Position numbers and translations under genes: made by a program
Shown: piece after piece, positions 47,625 through 57,967 of the stretch
Position numbering within the stretch: position 1 is the first letter of the stretch
Layout of the letters: each line of letters starts with the position of its first letter
Notes under the pieces: generated by a model
Seen by the model: only the letters and a program-made list of their open reading frames with translations
Database searches by the model: none
Told to the model about the DNA's origin: nothing
Assembly: GCA_043732185.1 (NCBI GenBank)
Contig: JAYTHY010000006.1
Location: 1-64,000, forward strand
Length of the DNA stretch: 64,000 bases
Direction: 5' to 3'
Origin: Fibrobacteria bacterium
Lineage (GTDB): Bacteria > Fibrobacterota > Fibrobacteria > UBA11236

Positions 47625-48049
47625 CTCCGTATATAGCCACGTTCATGTAAGAGGCGGGCAATGGCAAGGGCCCCGCGGTCTATCCGAAATTTGAATAAAT
47701 CATAACTTCCCCGGGTTCCGGCGACGACGAGAAAGAATAAGTCCAATTGTCCCAAATTGACTATCAAGTGAAAATGATGTTCATCAAACGACACAGAATG
47801 TTCCAATGGGCCCATCCCCAGCATTCTGTATTGAGCCAACGATTCCTGAAAACTGGCTAGAAAATAAGGGGATTCGATAAAATGGTTTTGCTGGCTCTCC
47901 TCTCCCCAGGCCACGACCAACCCTTCGCGACTGTAGAGAATGGCTCCGGTAATACCCTTCACCAGACTTAAGTATCCAAGGCATCGGTCCAAATCCTGTG
48001 ACTCAACGAGCTTGTTGATGTCAGTGGGTGCCAGATCGAGTTTACTCAT
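47621..48049 (-). CDS. Divergent Roadblock/LC7-like protein
   Basis: GITGAILYSREGLVVA and LGMGPLE..V pattern; ATGA overlap with the next gene. Confidence 0.6.
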   Translation of the reverse strand: MSKLDLAPTDINKLVESQDLDRCLGYLSLVKGITGAILYSREGLVVAWGEESQQNHFIESPYFLASFQESLAQYRMLGMGPLEHSVSFDEHHFHLIVNLGQLDLFFLVVAGTRGSYDLFKFRIDRGALAIARLLHERGYIRS

Positions 48050-48920
48050 GAGTCAAATTACCTACTGCGTGAGGCCCCATATTGGCGCGCACTTTGGCCG
48101 AAGCGGCCTGTTTTTGAAAAATATTTTCCGCTCGTACCATGGTCAGCAGGGATTGGTTGATGTTTCCAGTTACAAGCTCGAGACATTCTGCGCCCATATG
48201 CAGAGAGGTCACCGTCAAATTCTGGAAGGAAAAACAGATCTTGTGAATTTCTCCACCCTCCAACGCATCACACGTATTGGCAATGGCACCCGGAAGAATT
48301 TGTGGCAGTAAGTTGACCAAGGAGGCGAGATTCGAATTTCGGCTGGTGGACTTGTATCGGTTTTGCGCCTGATTTCCAAGAACCAATGCCTGCGTATTGT
48401 CATCCATCACTAAACTTTGATAGATACCAAAATCTCCCTCACCGAGCTCGAAGGCCGCCATATTAGGTGTGGAAATTGCCGGAGGAACCGGAAGAATGCT
48501 GGCTGCCGCCGAAAAAGAGGCCACTGGAGTGACTGCACCCAATGAGTTCGCGGGAACTTCTGATGGCCGTCCTTGCCATGCCATCCATTCTAAATAGATA
48601 CTCGATTCGAGCAGTGACAAAGCCACCAAATCGTTGGGATGCCGGTGCAGGTGCGAAACCAGCTTCTGTTTCACCTGTTGGTGTTCACCGGTTTCAATCC
48701 CGATTTGGGTCTGTAAGTAAAAAACCATATCCTTGAATCGCGTAGTTTGCTTGCCTTCCAAACTTTGCAAAACATGATTGGCCAAATCGTATTTCTTGCG
48801 CCGAATAAGCAGACATGCATACGCTAGAGTACTCGAACTTTGAATAAAACTCTGGCATATCACATCCCCCATGAGGACGCTTTCGGCGGTTTTAACTTCG
48901 TGCTGGGTTGCCGTGGACAT
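48042..48920 (-). CDS. TPR-like N-terminal domain plus Roadblock-like C-terminal domain protein
   Basis: Helical repeat ending HPNDLVALSLL, Pro/Ala linker, then LEGGEIHKICF...LELVT. Confidence 0.5.
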   Translation of the reverse strand: MSTATQHEVKTAESVLMGDVICQSFIQSSSTLAYACLLIRRKKYDLANHVLQSLEGKQTTRFKDMVFYLQTQIGIETGEHQQVKQKLVSHLHRHPNDLVALSLLESSIYLEWMAWQGRPSEVPANSLGAVTPVASFSAAASILPVPPAISTPNMAAFELGEGDFGIYQSLVMDDNTQALVLGNQAQNRYKSTSRNSNLASLVNLLPQILPGAIANTCDALEGGEIHKICFSFQNLTVTSLHMGAECLELVTGNINQSLLTMVRAENIFQKQAASAKVRANMGPHAVGNLTHE

Positions 48921-48928
48921 TCAAATTC

Positions 48929-50020
48929 TCATTTAAGTTGGTAAGTTTTTTTGGTGATTTTCTTATACACCGGTTTATTTCCAATCGGGCCGCTGACCTC
49001 GTTTGGAACCAATGCCCCCTCTTCAACCAGCACTTTTAGAGTCGCAGGTAGATTGTTTTGCCTATCCGCATGATCCACCAGTAGCACTTCAATATTATCG
49101 TACGCAAAATGATTCGCTATTTTCATTGCATACCCTCCCTGTGAGCTCTGCTTGGAAGTCGATGAAAGGTCTAGGCTGAGGAACCAATAGGAAACGAACC
49201 GCAAGACCAGGGCCAGCAGCAAAAACATGAAAGCCGTACCCAGTACCATGGCCGTTTTCCTATCCTTTTCATTTTGGGGATCGGCAGCGGCAGGCAAATC
49301 GATTTCCTCGACCGAATCCGCCACTGGGGCGACAAACCCACCCTCCCATAAATTTACAAGGCATTCGGAGAGTCGGAAAGAGCCAAAGGGAACTTGTTTG
49401 GCGATTTGTGCCACGCTCTTCCGTCCATCAACCAGCCCCAACACCAAATAGTCCCAGCCTAATTGGTCGCCGTCATAGGTTTTTTCCATGAGGTTGAAAA
49501 CGACTTTGGGATCGGGTATGGACTCCTTAAGTCGCGGCCACTCATCTATGCGCCGCATTCCCTCCATACAGGCAAATTCTGTGGAAATATTCAGTTGCAT
49601 GGAAATGGAGGATTGCGCCTTTAGTCCGGTCCCAAAATCATATTGCCCTTTGAGCCATCCAAACAGTTCACAAACCATGTCCTCGGAAATGATCTGTAGC
49701 CATTCTTTCTTGTCCTCATCGGTCAAATGACCTTTGGCGGCCAAGGTTGTCAGCAAGGGACGATTCATTTCTCTGGACATGGACTCCAGTTCATGCATCT
49801 CATCCTTTTCCACCTTGCCGGAGGCGATCAGCATTTCTTTGATAATATCCTCGGGCATCTCGCCATTCACTCTAACTCCATTGACATTGCCAGCGGAGAT
49901 GAAAATTTCAGCCTTTTCTTTCCCGTTAACCAAATTGAGCACACCGGACTTGCGCTGTTGCAACAATAGTTGCAGGACATCGGCCAGAGAGAAGTCTTTT
50001 AAATCCCCGGAAAGCTTCAT
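48929..50020 (-). CDS. DUF4388 (PatA_N) membrane protein
   Basis: LSGDLKDFSLADVLQLL..QRKSGVL, LFGWLKG and MEGMRRIDEW motifs; one TM. Confidence 0.88.
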   Translation of the reverse strand: MKLSGDLKDFSLADVLQLLLQQRKSGVLNLVNGKEKAEIFISAGNVNGVRVNGEMPEDIIKEMLIASGKVEKDEMHELESMSREMNRPLLTTLAAKGHLTDEDKKEWLQIISEDMVCELFGWLKGQYDFGTGLKAQSSISMQLNISTEFACMEGMRRIDEWPRLKESIPDPKVVFNLMEKTYDGDQLGWDYLVLGLVDGRKSVAQIAKQVPFGSFRLSECLVNLWEGGFVAPVADSVEEIDLPAAADPQNEKDRKTAMVLGTAFMFLLLALVLRFVSYWFLSLDLSSTSKQSSQGGYAMKIANHFAYDNIEVLLVDHADRQNNLPATLKVLVEEGALVPNEVSGPIGNKPVYKKITKKTYQLK

Positions 50021-52236
50021 CGAAAAGTCTCCTTTTCGACGGCAGCGGAAGCAGCCATCAGTTCACCGACATTGACGGGAGTGCGGAGGAGCTTGATATT
50101 GAACAAAAGATAAAATAGCGCGATAGGTAGCCAAGGCAACCAGTGGAAAGGGCCAATCACAAAGCTGGGATACTCCATGAGGAGGTGGTTCACTTGCCAA
50201 AGGCCGCCCATCAGAAATCCTGTTGCCAGAATCCAAACAAACCGCCCCGTGCCCAAACCTAAAAACAAAAGTCCGGTCCCTGGCCAAAGCGAATTAAGCA
50301 CGGCTCCGATACGCAAGCGTTGTACGGTCGAGCGCATGCGCATACGTTTTACCATTTCCATTTTCACCCGGTTATCATGAATTCCGGAAACTGTTTTAAA
50401 ACATGTGTGACAATGCACGCCTTTACGACAAAGACGGCACATGACCCGGTTACAAATTTTGCAGTCGAACAAATCCTTCCCATGGCTATGTTGAGAATGA
50501 TGTCGAAAGCGGAAATGCAGCAACAAGGCGACGATACCGACCATGGCGAGCAGCCAACCACCCATAATTTCATAAATTCCGGTACTGACCCACACACCTA
50601 GAAAATCCAATCCAATCAAAGAATTCCACGCTGCGGTCCAAGCCAACCGATTTCTCAACATGGGATCCATCGCCTTACGTGTGGCCGGATACTCAGGAAA
50701 ATATTCGTCGTTGTCCTTCAAAAACTGGTTGACCCATTGTGGGTCCACCTCGGCTGCTCGATCCAGGTATTTTTTATGCCGAGTCGAATTGTTGGAATAC
50801 AATTCCGCCTGACTGGAGTTGAACCATGTTTCCACCATGTTGGGCGCAATTCTACGGGCTTCTGTGAAAGCGGTGGACGCGCCGGTGTAATCAAATCCCA
50901 CCATAGCCAGATTCCCATTATTGAGAAGCACATACGGATTGGAAGGTTCAATTTGAGACGCCAAGCGGCCAAATTCTCCTGCCTTAATATATTCTCCTTG
51001 CTTTTTATAGGTCAAGGAATAGGCCAGGCTGCGATAAAGACTGTCTTCCTGGGTTTTGGCTTTGAAGGCTTCCATTCGCGTGATTAGGGGTGCTTCATAT
51101 CCGCGATTATAGGCGCGGTGATAAAGATTGACTCCCAGGGTATCATCCAGGTGACGCACCATGGTTTGCTCCCACATAAAGAGGAATGGGATCAAGGCCA
51201 GACCCGTCATCAGGACTTTTAGAAAAGTTTTTTCTTGATTGGTCACATGTTTCCAGAGCAGCATGGTAAAGGCCAGGCCCAATGCCACATACCCCAATCC
51301 ACCTATCATCAGGCTTAAAGGAAGGAGGGCCAAAGCGAAATATCGGATCCAGATTTCCACTTGATTCGGAAGCCGCTCGACCCATAAATGGGTGATGCGC
51401 GAAAAGTATTTTCCGAAGAGAACCAGCAAGGCAACTGCGCCAAAAAAGGCCAGGCCCATGCGAAAGGCACGAGACATATTGACTATGAAAAGAGATTGGC
51501 TGTCGTAATATTGCAGCAATCTGGCAGCCTCGGTGAGCCGCGTCCAAGCGGCGCTCAAATCCCAATTGAGCGGGGGCTTTTCCCGGAACTCCATCTCCAT
51601 CAATATAAAAGGAACCCAAGGACAGAGCGGATCGAGCTTTCCAGCAAACTCGGCAGCCTGTCTCGCGACCAAATATAAGCCCTGGCCCATCGCCTCACGG
51701 GCACGGAGCAATTCCAGCTTCGCGAGTTCGGGAACCTTGATATAGCCTTTTTCCAGCATGTTGCGCTGAACTTCCAGTTGTAATAAATGCGCTCTTTGGT
51801 ACAGCCCGTTTTGGGTAAGAATCCTAGCCATTTCATAGTTAACGGCAATGTTACCTTTGGCCAATTGGGTTGCCATGAGGAGTTCCGTCTCGCCATTGCC
51901 AGCCTTGGTTTTGTCCAAAGCGAGACCCACGCTGAAATTGGCCCATAAATCGGCAAAGGTCGGCGCCTCCGGATTGGTCACGGCTGCAGGATGTGCTTCA
52001 CGCACATGCTGGATAAGGACCGGGAGCTCTGTCGCACTGATGGAATTGGCGAAAAGTTTTATGCTGGGGGGGAAACGTTCTTGAAAATCCCAACGCGAAA
52101 ACACGGTTTCCCGCAGCGATTCCAATACTTGAACTTGGGCCATAAGAGGAGCCGCCAGGCAAAGCAGCAGCCTGATACATCTAATAGGGTTGATCAAATC
52201 ACTCCCAATCCAGGGTGAAACAAGACAAGCCTCCAA
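50017..52236 (-). CDS. Polytopic membrane protein with TPRs and a Cys-rich zinc-finger-like motif
   Basis: TPR (NNGNL..GFDY), several TM segments, CKIC..MCRLC....HCHTC and WPGTG. Start may be TTG 52194. Confidence 0.7.
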   Translation of the reverse strand: MEACLVSPWIGSDLINPIRCIRLLLCLAAPLMAQVQVLESLRETVFSRWDFQERFPPSIKLFANSISATELPVLIQHVREAHPAAVTNPEAPTFADLWANFSVGLALDKTKAGNGETELLMATQLAKGNIAVNYEMARILTQNGLYQRAHLLQLEVQRNMLEKGYIKVPELAKLELLRAREAMGQGLYLVARQAAEFAGKLDPLCPWVPFILMEMEFREKPPLNWDLSAAWTRLTEAARLLQYYDSQSLFIVNMSRAFRMGLAFFGAVALLVLFGKYFSRITHLWVERLPNQVEIWIRYFALALLPLSLMIGGLGYVALGLAFTMLLWKHVTNQEKTFLKVLMTGLALIPFLFMWEQTMVRHLDDTLGVNLYHRAYNRGYEAPLITRMEAFKAKTQEDSLYRSLAYSLTYKKQGEYIKAGEFGRLASQIEPSNPYVLLNNGNLAMVGFDYTGASTAFTEARRIAPNMVETWFNSSQAELYSNNSTRHKKYLDRAAEVDPQWVNQFLKDNDEYFPEYPATRKAMDPMLRNRLAWTAAWNSLIGLDFLGVWVSTGIYEIMGGWLLAMVGIVALLLHFRFRHHSQHSHGKDLFDCKICNRVMCRLCRKGVHCHTCFKTVSGIHDNRVKMEMVKRMRMRSTVQRLRIGAVLNSLWPGTGLLFLGLGTGRFVWILATGFLMGGLWQVNHLLMEYPSFVIGPFHWLPWLPIALFYLLFNIKLLRTPVNVGELMAASAAVEKETFR

Positions 52237-52255
52237 AAATCCCTGAGCCGTAGCA

Positions 52256-53659
52256 TCAGGATTGCGCTTTTAAACCGTATCGTTCAATCTTCCTATAAAG
52301 CGTGGAAATATCCAACCCCAGAATCTTGGCTACGGTCGGTTTATGCCACTGATTTTCGGTAAGCACCCAAAAAATATAAGCCTTTTCGATGTCGTTGAGG
52401 GTCGGTGATACGCCGACCCCAAAGGCGCGTTCCCCAGCTGGCATGGAACCGGAACCTTCCATTTTCCCTGTCCGTGGCAAGGTGTGGCCCTGATCCAGTT
52501 CAGTCACTGTTGTGCTGGGCAAGTCCAGCTCCAACGTTTCAATAGATTCACTGGTACTGAAGGCAATAGCCCTCTCTACCGCATTTTCCAATTGTCGTAC
52601 ATTTCCAGGCCAGGCATAGGCTTGAATTTGCTCTAGAGCGGTTGCGGTGAAAGACTTACGGCCTCCGCTTTTTCTTTGTAAAAAATAGTTTGCGAGCAGA
52701 ATGGAATCTTCACTCCGCTCAGCCAAAGCCGGTGTATTGATACGCAGCACATTGAGCCGATAGTACAGATCTTCCCGAAATTGTCCCTGCGCTACTGCAT
52801 CCTCAAGGTTCACATTGGTCGCGGCTAAGATACGGACGTCGATTCGAGAGGAAGCTGTGCCGCCAACCTGAGTGATTTCCCGCTCCTGGATGACCCTCAA
52901 AAGCTTGACCTGAGTGCGGAGCGGCATTTCCCCGATCTCGTCCAGGAACACGGAGCCACCGTTGGCAACGGCGAATAAGCCATCCTTGTCGGCATGTGCC
53001 GAAGTAAACGATCCTTTCACATGACCGAATAATTCCGACTCCAGCAAACTCTCGGAAAGCGAAGAGCAATTGACCACTACAAATGGTTTTAAGGAACGCA
53101 AGGATTTTTGATGGATGAGCTTTGCCACCAGTTCTTTGCCGGTCCCGCTCTCCCCTGTAATGAGCACTGTGCTTTCCGAGGAGGCGATGGCGTTGATCCG
53201 GTCCTTAAGTTGGAGAAAAATCGGAGATTGACCGATTAACTCAACGCCTTGCCGTCGAATGAAGTCCTTCAGCTCACGGTTTTCAGTTTCCAGTGTCCGC
53301 GTTGCCACGGCCTTCTCGACCACTTTTCCCAAAAAAACCATTTCGAAAGGTTTGGAAATAAAATCAAATGCTCCCAGCTTTACAGCCTCAACGGCCTTTT
53401 CAACTGTCCCATAGGCAGTCATGACAACCACAGGAACCCGCGGGAAGCGGTCGAGCAGCGCCTTGACTAGGGTGAGTCCTGAACCTTGACCTAAAGCCAA
53501 ATCAACCATGGCCAATAAGGGCTCAGGGCCATCCAAGAGCTTGAGTCCGGCTTCAACGCTATGGGCGGAAACCGTCGCATACCCTTTTTTTTCGAAAAAC
53601 ACTTCTAGCAGCGCACAAAGCGATACTTCGTCATCAACGATGAGTACTTTAGGTTTCAT
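52256..53659 (-). CDS. Sigma-54-dependent response regulator (NtrC family)
   Basis: Receiver domain (IVDDE, D, KPF), GESGTGKE, ESELFGH, GSFTSA, WPGNVRQL and Fis-type HTH. Confidence 0.95.
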   Translation of the reverse strand: MKPKVLIVDDEVSLCALLEVFFEKKGYATVSAHSVEAGLKLLDGPEPLLAMVDLALGQGSGLTLVKALLDRFPRVPVVVMTAYGTVEKAVEAVKLGAFDFISKPFEMVFLGKVVEKAVATRTLETENRELKDFIRRQGVELIGQSPIFLQLKDRINAIASSESTVLITGESGTGKELVAKLIHQKSLRSLKPFVVVNCSSLSESLLESELFGHVKGSFTSAHADKDGLFAVANGGSVFLDEIGEMPLRTQVKLLRVIQEREITQVGGTASSRIDVRILAATNVNLEDAVAQGQFREDLYYRLNVLRINTPALAERSEDSILLANYFLQRKSGGRKSFTATALEQIQAYAWPGNVRQLENAVERAIAFSTSESIETLELDLPSTTVTELDQGHTLPRTGKMEGSGSMPAGERAFGVGVSPTLNDIEKAYIFWVLTENQWHKPTVAKILGLDISTLYRKIERYGLKAQS

Positions 53660-53722
53660 CCCGGCAATTATCTCACTTTATTCGAATACTGTCTGTTGGC
53701 CAAATGGAAAAGAGTACATAAC

Positions 53723-53747
53723 AAAAACCCGCCCAAAGAGGCGGGTT
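53723..53747 (-). terminator. Rho-independent terminator after rpsT
   Basis: Minus strand aacccgcc-tctttg-ggcgggtt followed by a T-run. Confidence 0.75.
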
Positions 53748-53805
53748 CAACTACCGAAAATTAAGTTTAGCTCCACTCCTATTGGTGAAACCGTCGAATG
53801 CCACC

Positions 53806-54069
53806 TTACGCGGACTTGGCTGCAACGAGCTTGTGGATCTTACGTTTGTAGTTGGAAGCCGTGTTTTTGGTAATGCCGGCTCGACCATTTTGGGCAGCTT
53901 TATCGAGCATGGAAAAAAGATGGGGCATTTCTGCGACCATGGTCTCCTTTTTATCGGCCGTACGTATCTTCTTTAACGTGCTGCGAATGGCCGAACGAAC
54001 GGCGCGATTGGCCAAACGGGATTTTTCTGCGGTAATGACCCTCTTTTGGGCGGATTTGTTCTTGGCCAA
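53806..54069 (-). CDS. rpsT: 30S ribosomal protein S20
   Basis: KSAQKR...N...RSAIRS, LDKAA..G.I.KNTAS motifs; GGAGG RBS. Confidence 0.95.
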   Translation of the reverse strand: MAKNKSAQKRVITAEKSRLANRAVRSAIRSTLKKIRTADKKETMVAEMPHLFSMLDKAAQNGRAGITKNTASNYKRKIHKLVAAKSA

Positions 54070-54226
54070 AATTTCCTCCAGTAGCTTTCTAATTCGGAGG
54101 CTAAATCTATCAAATCACGTGGTTTTTTGCAATCCAGAAGCCTAAAAGCGGCAAAGATTCCCAGCTATACAGCTAGGTCCAGAAGGTGTTGACTGAACCT
54201 TCAAAAGGTGTTTGACGGAACCCTAA

Positions 54227-54880
54227 TCAGCCGGGATAAAACTGGAACGGCACCCTAAAAAGGGCTAAAATCGGATAAATTAGCGGTTTCCAGAACCGAA
54301 ACCAAAGGTCGATCAGTCCAAAACCGGAGCCCAAAGATTCAAAAATCACAATGGCAATCAACGGATACATCCCCAAAGCAGCCATTTTAGCTTCATAGAC
54401 ATCCGCCACCCGGTCCGGCATGAATGTGGTGATGATTTTGGACCCGTCCAAAGGAAATACCGGCAATAAATTGAAAATCGCCAATGAAAAATTGATGAGA
54501 ATGAAGTCTTGCAGCATCAAATACCAACCGGAATTATCGAGGCCATACCCGACAAAGAAATAAACCAGACAGCCAACCAGGGCCAAGATCAGGTTGGACA
54601 ATGGACCCGCAAACGAAACCAAGGGCATGGCGGCACGAGGATTTCTCAGTCTACCTGGATTGACAGGAACCGGCTTGGCCCAACCCAGGGGCATTCCGGT
54701 AAGCATCATCAAGGACCCAACCAGATCCATGTGCACCAGGGGATTCAAGGATAGCCGCCCTAAACGTTTGGCAGTGTCATCCCCTAGCCGGAAGGCTGTC
54801 CACGCATGGGCAGCCTCATGGAAGGATAAAGAAATCGACAAGACGAAAAAGCGCATCAATAATACGGGAAGGATCTCCAT
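54227..54880 (-). CDS. Site-2 protease (M50 family)
   Basis: HEAAH, GWAKPVPVN, AGPLSN and FNLLPVFPLDG motifs. Confidence 0.93.
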   Translation of the reverse strand: MEILPVLLMRFFVLSISLSFHEAAHAWTAFRLGDDTAKRLGRLSLNPLVHMDLVGSLMMLTGMPLGWAKPVPVNPGRLRNPRAAMPLVSFAGPLSNLILALVGCLVYFFVGYGLDNSGWYLMLQDFILINFSLAIFNLLPVFPLDGSKIITTFMPDRVADVYEAKMAALGMYPLIAIVIFESLGSGFGLIDLWFRFWKPLIYPILALFRVPFQFYPG

Positions 54881-54924
54881 AATAAGGTAAAGCTAGCAAA
54901 CTAACAGAATCCCTTTAGAGGCTT

Positions 54925-56319
54925 TTAATGCTCGGCGGCAAACTGCTGAAACCAGTCCAGGCCCGGATAATAGGGCAGTAACATCGGGATGACCTCACCG
55001 AGCAAGTACAAAGAACCGCATACTACAACTAGATCGGGAAGTACTGGATCCGAAGATGTTGGGTGGTCAGAATTTGCTCCGGAAGGAAGGCTGAGCAGGG
55101 CACGCAAGCTTTCCGGCTGTAACTCAATGGGTTGTACCTTAATTCGCTCCGAAGGCTCCATGGCATGCACGAGTTCCGAGTACCGCAAGGCTCGGGGATA
55201 CTTTGCTTCCAGAGATACAAAACGGACTTCCGAGGCAAAACGCAAGACGCTCTCGATCACGGCAGAAAAATCCTTGTCCCGCATCACAGCGAATAGGACG
55301 AGTATGCGTCGACCGGGAAACGCCCGTTTAATATGCGCCTCAAGGGCTGTCGTACCGCCAGGGTTATGAGCTCCATCCAAAAGCACCGGTAACATACCTG
55401 TTCCCTCCAGTAACTGCGTGCGTCCTGGCAGTTTGGCGGAGCGAAGAAATGGAATGAGGACGTCCGAAGAAGGCAGGGGTCCCGAAAGAAATGTTTCCAT
55501 TGCCAGCAAGGATAGGCAAAGGTTTTCCACTTGATGGGCTTCCGGTCTCAACTCTGAGGGAAACCTATACGTGGCATATCTCCCCGTAAATTGAATTTCC
55601 GCTCCGGCCCCCGTGTCACGCACATACTCTCCCAAAAGTACCAGCGGGCTTCCCAAGGCTGAAGCCTTGTTTTCCAGTACCGACAGAAGTGGTGCCCGAT
55701 GTTCTTGCACCACCATAGGTACACGTGCCTTGAGAATGCCGATTTTTTCACCCCAAATTTCAGCAATGGTTTGCCCTAAAATAGCTGTGTGATCAAATGA
55801 TATTGATGTCACCACAGTCACGGCGGGAAGGACGGCATTGGTGGCGTCCAGTCTGCCTCCCAATCCGGTTTCCAACACGACCGCTTCACAATCCATGGAA
55901 CGGAAGAAGTCTAAGGCCAATGCCGTGACGCATTCGAAATAGGTGGCGTTGAGTTCCAGAATTATTTTTTGCGCGCCGCGCAACCAGCTCAGCACATAGT
56001 CCGCGGGGATAGGTACGCCATCGACCAGGATACGTTCACGAAAGCTGACGAGATGCGGCGACGTGTACAGTCCGACGCGCCGATGGCCAGTGGCCGATAG
56101 CAATGCGGCGAGATTGGCACACACACTCCCCTTACCGTTGGTGCCGGCCACATGCAAAAAAATCAAACCGGTATCCGGTCGGCCCAGCCTATCCAATAGC
56201 GCGTTGATATTCTCCAGCCCCAATTTGATGGAAAACTGATTGCGGGCGTAAAAAAAATCCAGGCAGTCCTGGAAGGACTCGGGCAATCGTGGTGGAGAGG
56301 ATGGCGATAGGTCCGACAT
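54925..56319 (-). CDS. folC: Folylpolyglutamate synthase / dihydrofolate synthase
   Basis: HVAGTNGKGS, YTSPHL, ETGLGGRLDATN, LDGAHN and GSLYL motifs. Confidence 0.96.
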   Translation of the reverse strand: MSDLSPSSPPRLPESFQDCLDFFYARNQFSIKLGLENINALLDRLGRPDTGLIFLHVAGTNGKGSVCANLAALLSATGHRRVGLYTSPHLVSFRERILVDGVPIPADYVLSWLRGAQKIILELNATYFECVTALALDFFRSMDCEAVVLETGLGGRLDATNAVLPAVTVVTSISFDHTAILGQTIAEIWGEKIGILKARVPMVVQEHRAPLLSVLENKASALGSPLVLLGEYVRDTGAGAEIQFTGRYATYRFPSELRPEAHQVENLCLSLLAMETFLSGPLPSSDVLIPFLRSAKLPGRTQLLEGTGMLPVLLDGAHNPGGTTALEAHIKRAFPGRRILVLFAVMRDKDFSAVIESVLRFASEVRFVSLEAKYPRALRYSELVHAMEPSERIKVQPIELQPESLRALLSLPSGANSDHPTSSDPVLPDLVVVCGSLYLLGEVIPMLLPYYPGLDWFQQFAAEH

Positions 56320-56372
56320 GGTACCCGGTTGAAATTTTTTAGGCGGGAGCGAGACTCAAATTCTAAGTGGCA

Positions 56373-57209
56373 TCAATGGAGATGGGAGAGCAAGGAGGCC
56401 AGAGTCTCCTTCATTTCCGCTCGCGGGACTATCATATCCAGCATGCCTTTTTCCAACAGGAACTCGGCTCTTTGGAATCCAGGCGGAAGGTTTTGCCGAA
56501 TGGTTTCGCGAATCACTCTTTCCCCGGCAAATCCAATTAGCGCACCGGGCTCGGCGATATTGACATCCCCAAGCATGGCGAAGCTGGCAGTCACACCGCC
56601 TGTAGTGGGATTGGTCAGCACGGCAAAGTAAGGAATACGCGCCTGTGACAACTGTGCGATTAAGGCCGAGGTTTTTCCCATTTGCATGAGGGACAAGACA
56701 CCCTCTTGCATGCGAGCGCCGCCAGATGCCGTAACTACAATAGCGGGAATTTTCTGTTCCAAGGCCCGCTTGAGCACCCGAGCGATTTTCTCGCCCTCCA
56801 CCGAACCCATGGAGCCGCCGATAAAGCGGAAATCCATAACTGCCAGGCTAACCTTGATGCCTTTGATTTCACCTTGGCCGGACACCACGCCGGAAAAGGC
56901 GCCCGTATTCTTCTCAGCATCGTGCAAGCTGTCCTTGTATTTCTTCTTGGCGGAAAACTTAAGAGGATCGATGGACTTGAGGTTGGCATCCAAAACCTGC
57001 CAAGTGCCTTCGTCAATTAGGAGCTTAACATAGTCGTTCGCGCCGATGCGAAAATGAAATCCGCAATGTTCGCAAACATACCGATTGGCAGCCAATTCTT
57101 TTCGATAAAGGATTTCTTTGCAGCCGTCGCATTTGACCCATAGATCGACGGGCGTATCCCTCTTGATGAGGGTGCCGATGCCGGATTTTGCCTTGCGGAA
57201 CCATTCCAT
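56373..57209 (-). CDS. accD: Acetyl-CoA carboxylase carboxyltransferase beta subunit
   Basis: N-terminal zinc finger, FIGGSMGSV, SGGARMQEG and PTTGGVTASFA motifs. Confidence 0.97.
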   Translation of the reverse strand: MEWFRKAKSGIGTLIKRDTPVDLWVKCDGCKEILYRKELAANRYVCEHCGFHFRIGANDYVKLLIDEGTWQVLDANLKSIDPLKFSAKKKYKDSLHDAEKNTGAFSGVVSGQGEIKGIKVSLAVMDFRFIGGSMGSVEGEKIARVLKRALEQKIPAIVVTASGGARMQEGVLSLMQMGKTSALIAQLSQARIPYFAVLTNPTTGGVTASFAMLGDVNIAEPGALIGFAGERVIRETIRQNLPPGFQRAEFLLEKGMLDMIVPRAEMKETLASLLSHLH

Positions 57210-57422
57210 TAGCTAGCTTGCCGGTCCTTTGAAAACGAGGGGCAATCCAAGATAGCCAAACCGAAAAAGGCTGTCACCTTAGCTGGAAAGTGGCCTTCTC
57301 GTGCTATTTTCCCAACATTGACTTCCACTTTGAGATTTTGGAACCGGGTAATCGAGTGTGAAATTCTAAAAAGTCTCCTTCACGCCGCATGATTTTTTTA
57401 ACTAGGATTCGGGAGGAAATAC

Positions 57423-57875
57423 ATGTCGAAAAACGTGGGTCGACAGGGTCGAAGACTCGAAGCCTTGCTGGCGGGTTTGCTATTCCTTAGCTTTTTTCTG
57501 CCGTGGGTGTACTCCATGGGCGTTCCCGTTCCAGCGCATCAGATACGTGATCGCTTAGCAGGACCGCATCGTTTGGTTTCGGTATTTACATCTGGCTCTC
57601 GACTATCACGAGATTATTCCCTAGCGCTATATCTGTATGCCATTCCCATTTGGGCAATGGTCATTTTGATTCTTTTGTTTTTAAGGCGCTTCCAAGCCTG
57701 GGCGGCCTTTCTAGCTGGGGCGATTTCAGTAGGCGCTTTTATTTTTCTGCGCGGGGAGGTAGACAGCTACCCCATGCACCGCTTGGCCGCGGGAGCATAC
57801 TTAGCCCTAGCCTCCGGCTTGGGACTGGCAGTCTTGCCTCTTTTTCGATTAGGCACCGGAGCCAAGCGAGGCTAA
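57423..57875 (+). CDS. Hypothetical membrane protein
   Basis: GGGAGG RBS; FFLPW motif and 4 hydrophobic segments. Confidence 0.65.
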   Translation: MSKNVGRQGRRLEALLAGLLFLSFFLPWVYSMGVPVPAHQIRDRLAGPHRLVSVFTSGSRLSRDYSLALYLYAIPIWAMVILILLFLRRFQAWAAFLAGAISVGAFIFLRGEVDSYPMHRLAAGAYLALASGLGLAVLPLFRLGTGAKRG

Positions 57876-57967
57876 TACCAAAGCTTTTTTTAAGTCAGGT
57901 TACATTGGTTAATAGGTTGTTGAATAGAAGGAATATCACCTATATGAATATTACCTCTCCGCATCGC

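Noticed and set aside
57650..57967. N-terminal extension of the 439 aa ThuA ORF
   Set aside because: It overlaps the upstream membrane-protein gene; the signal peptide begins at ATG 57968.
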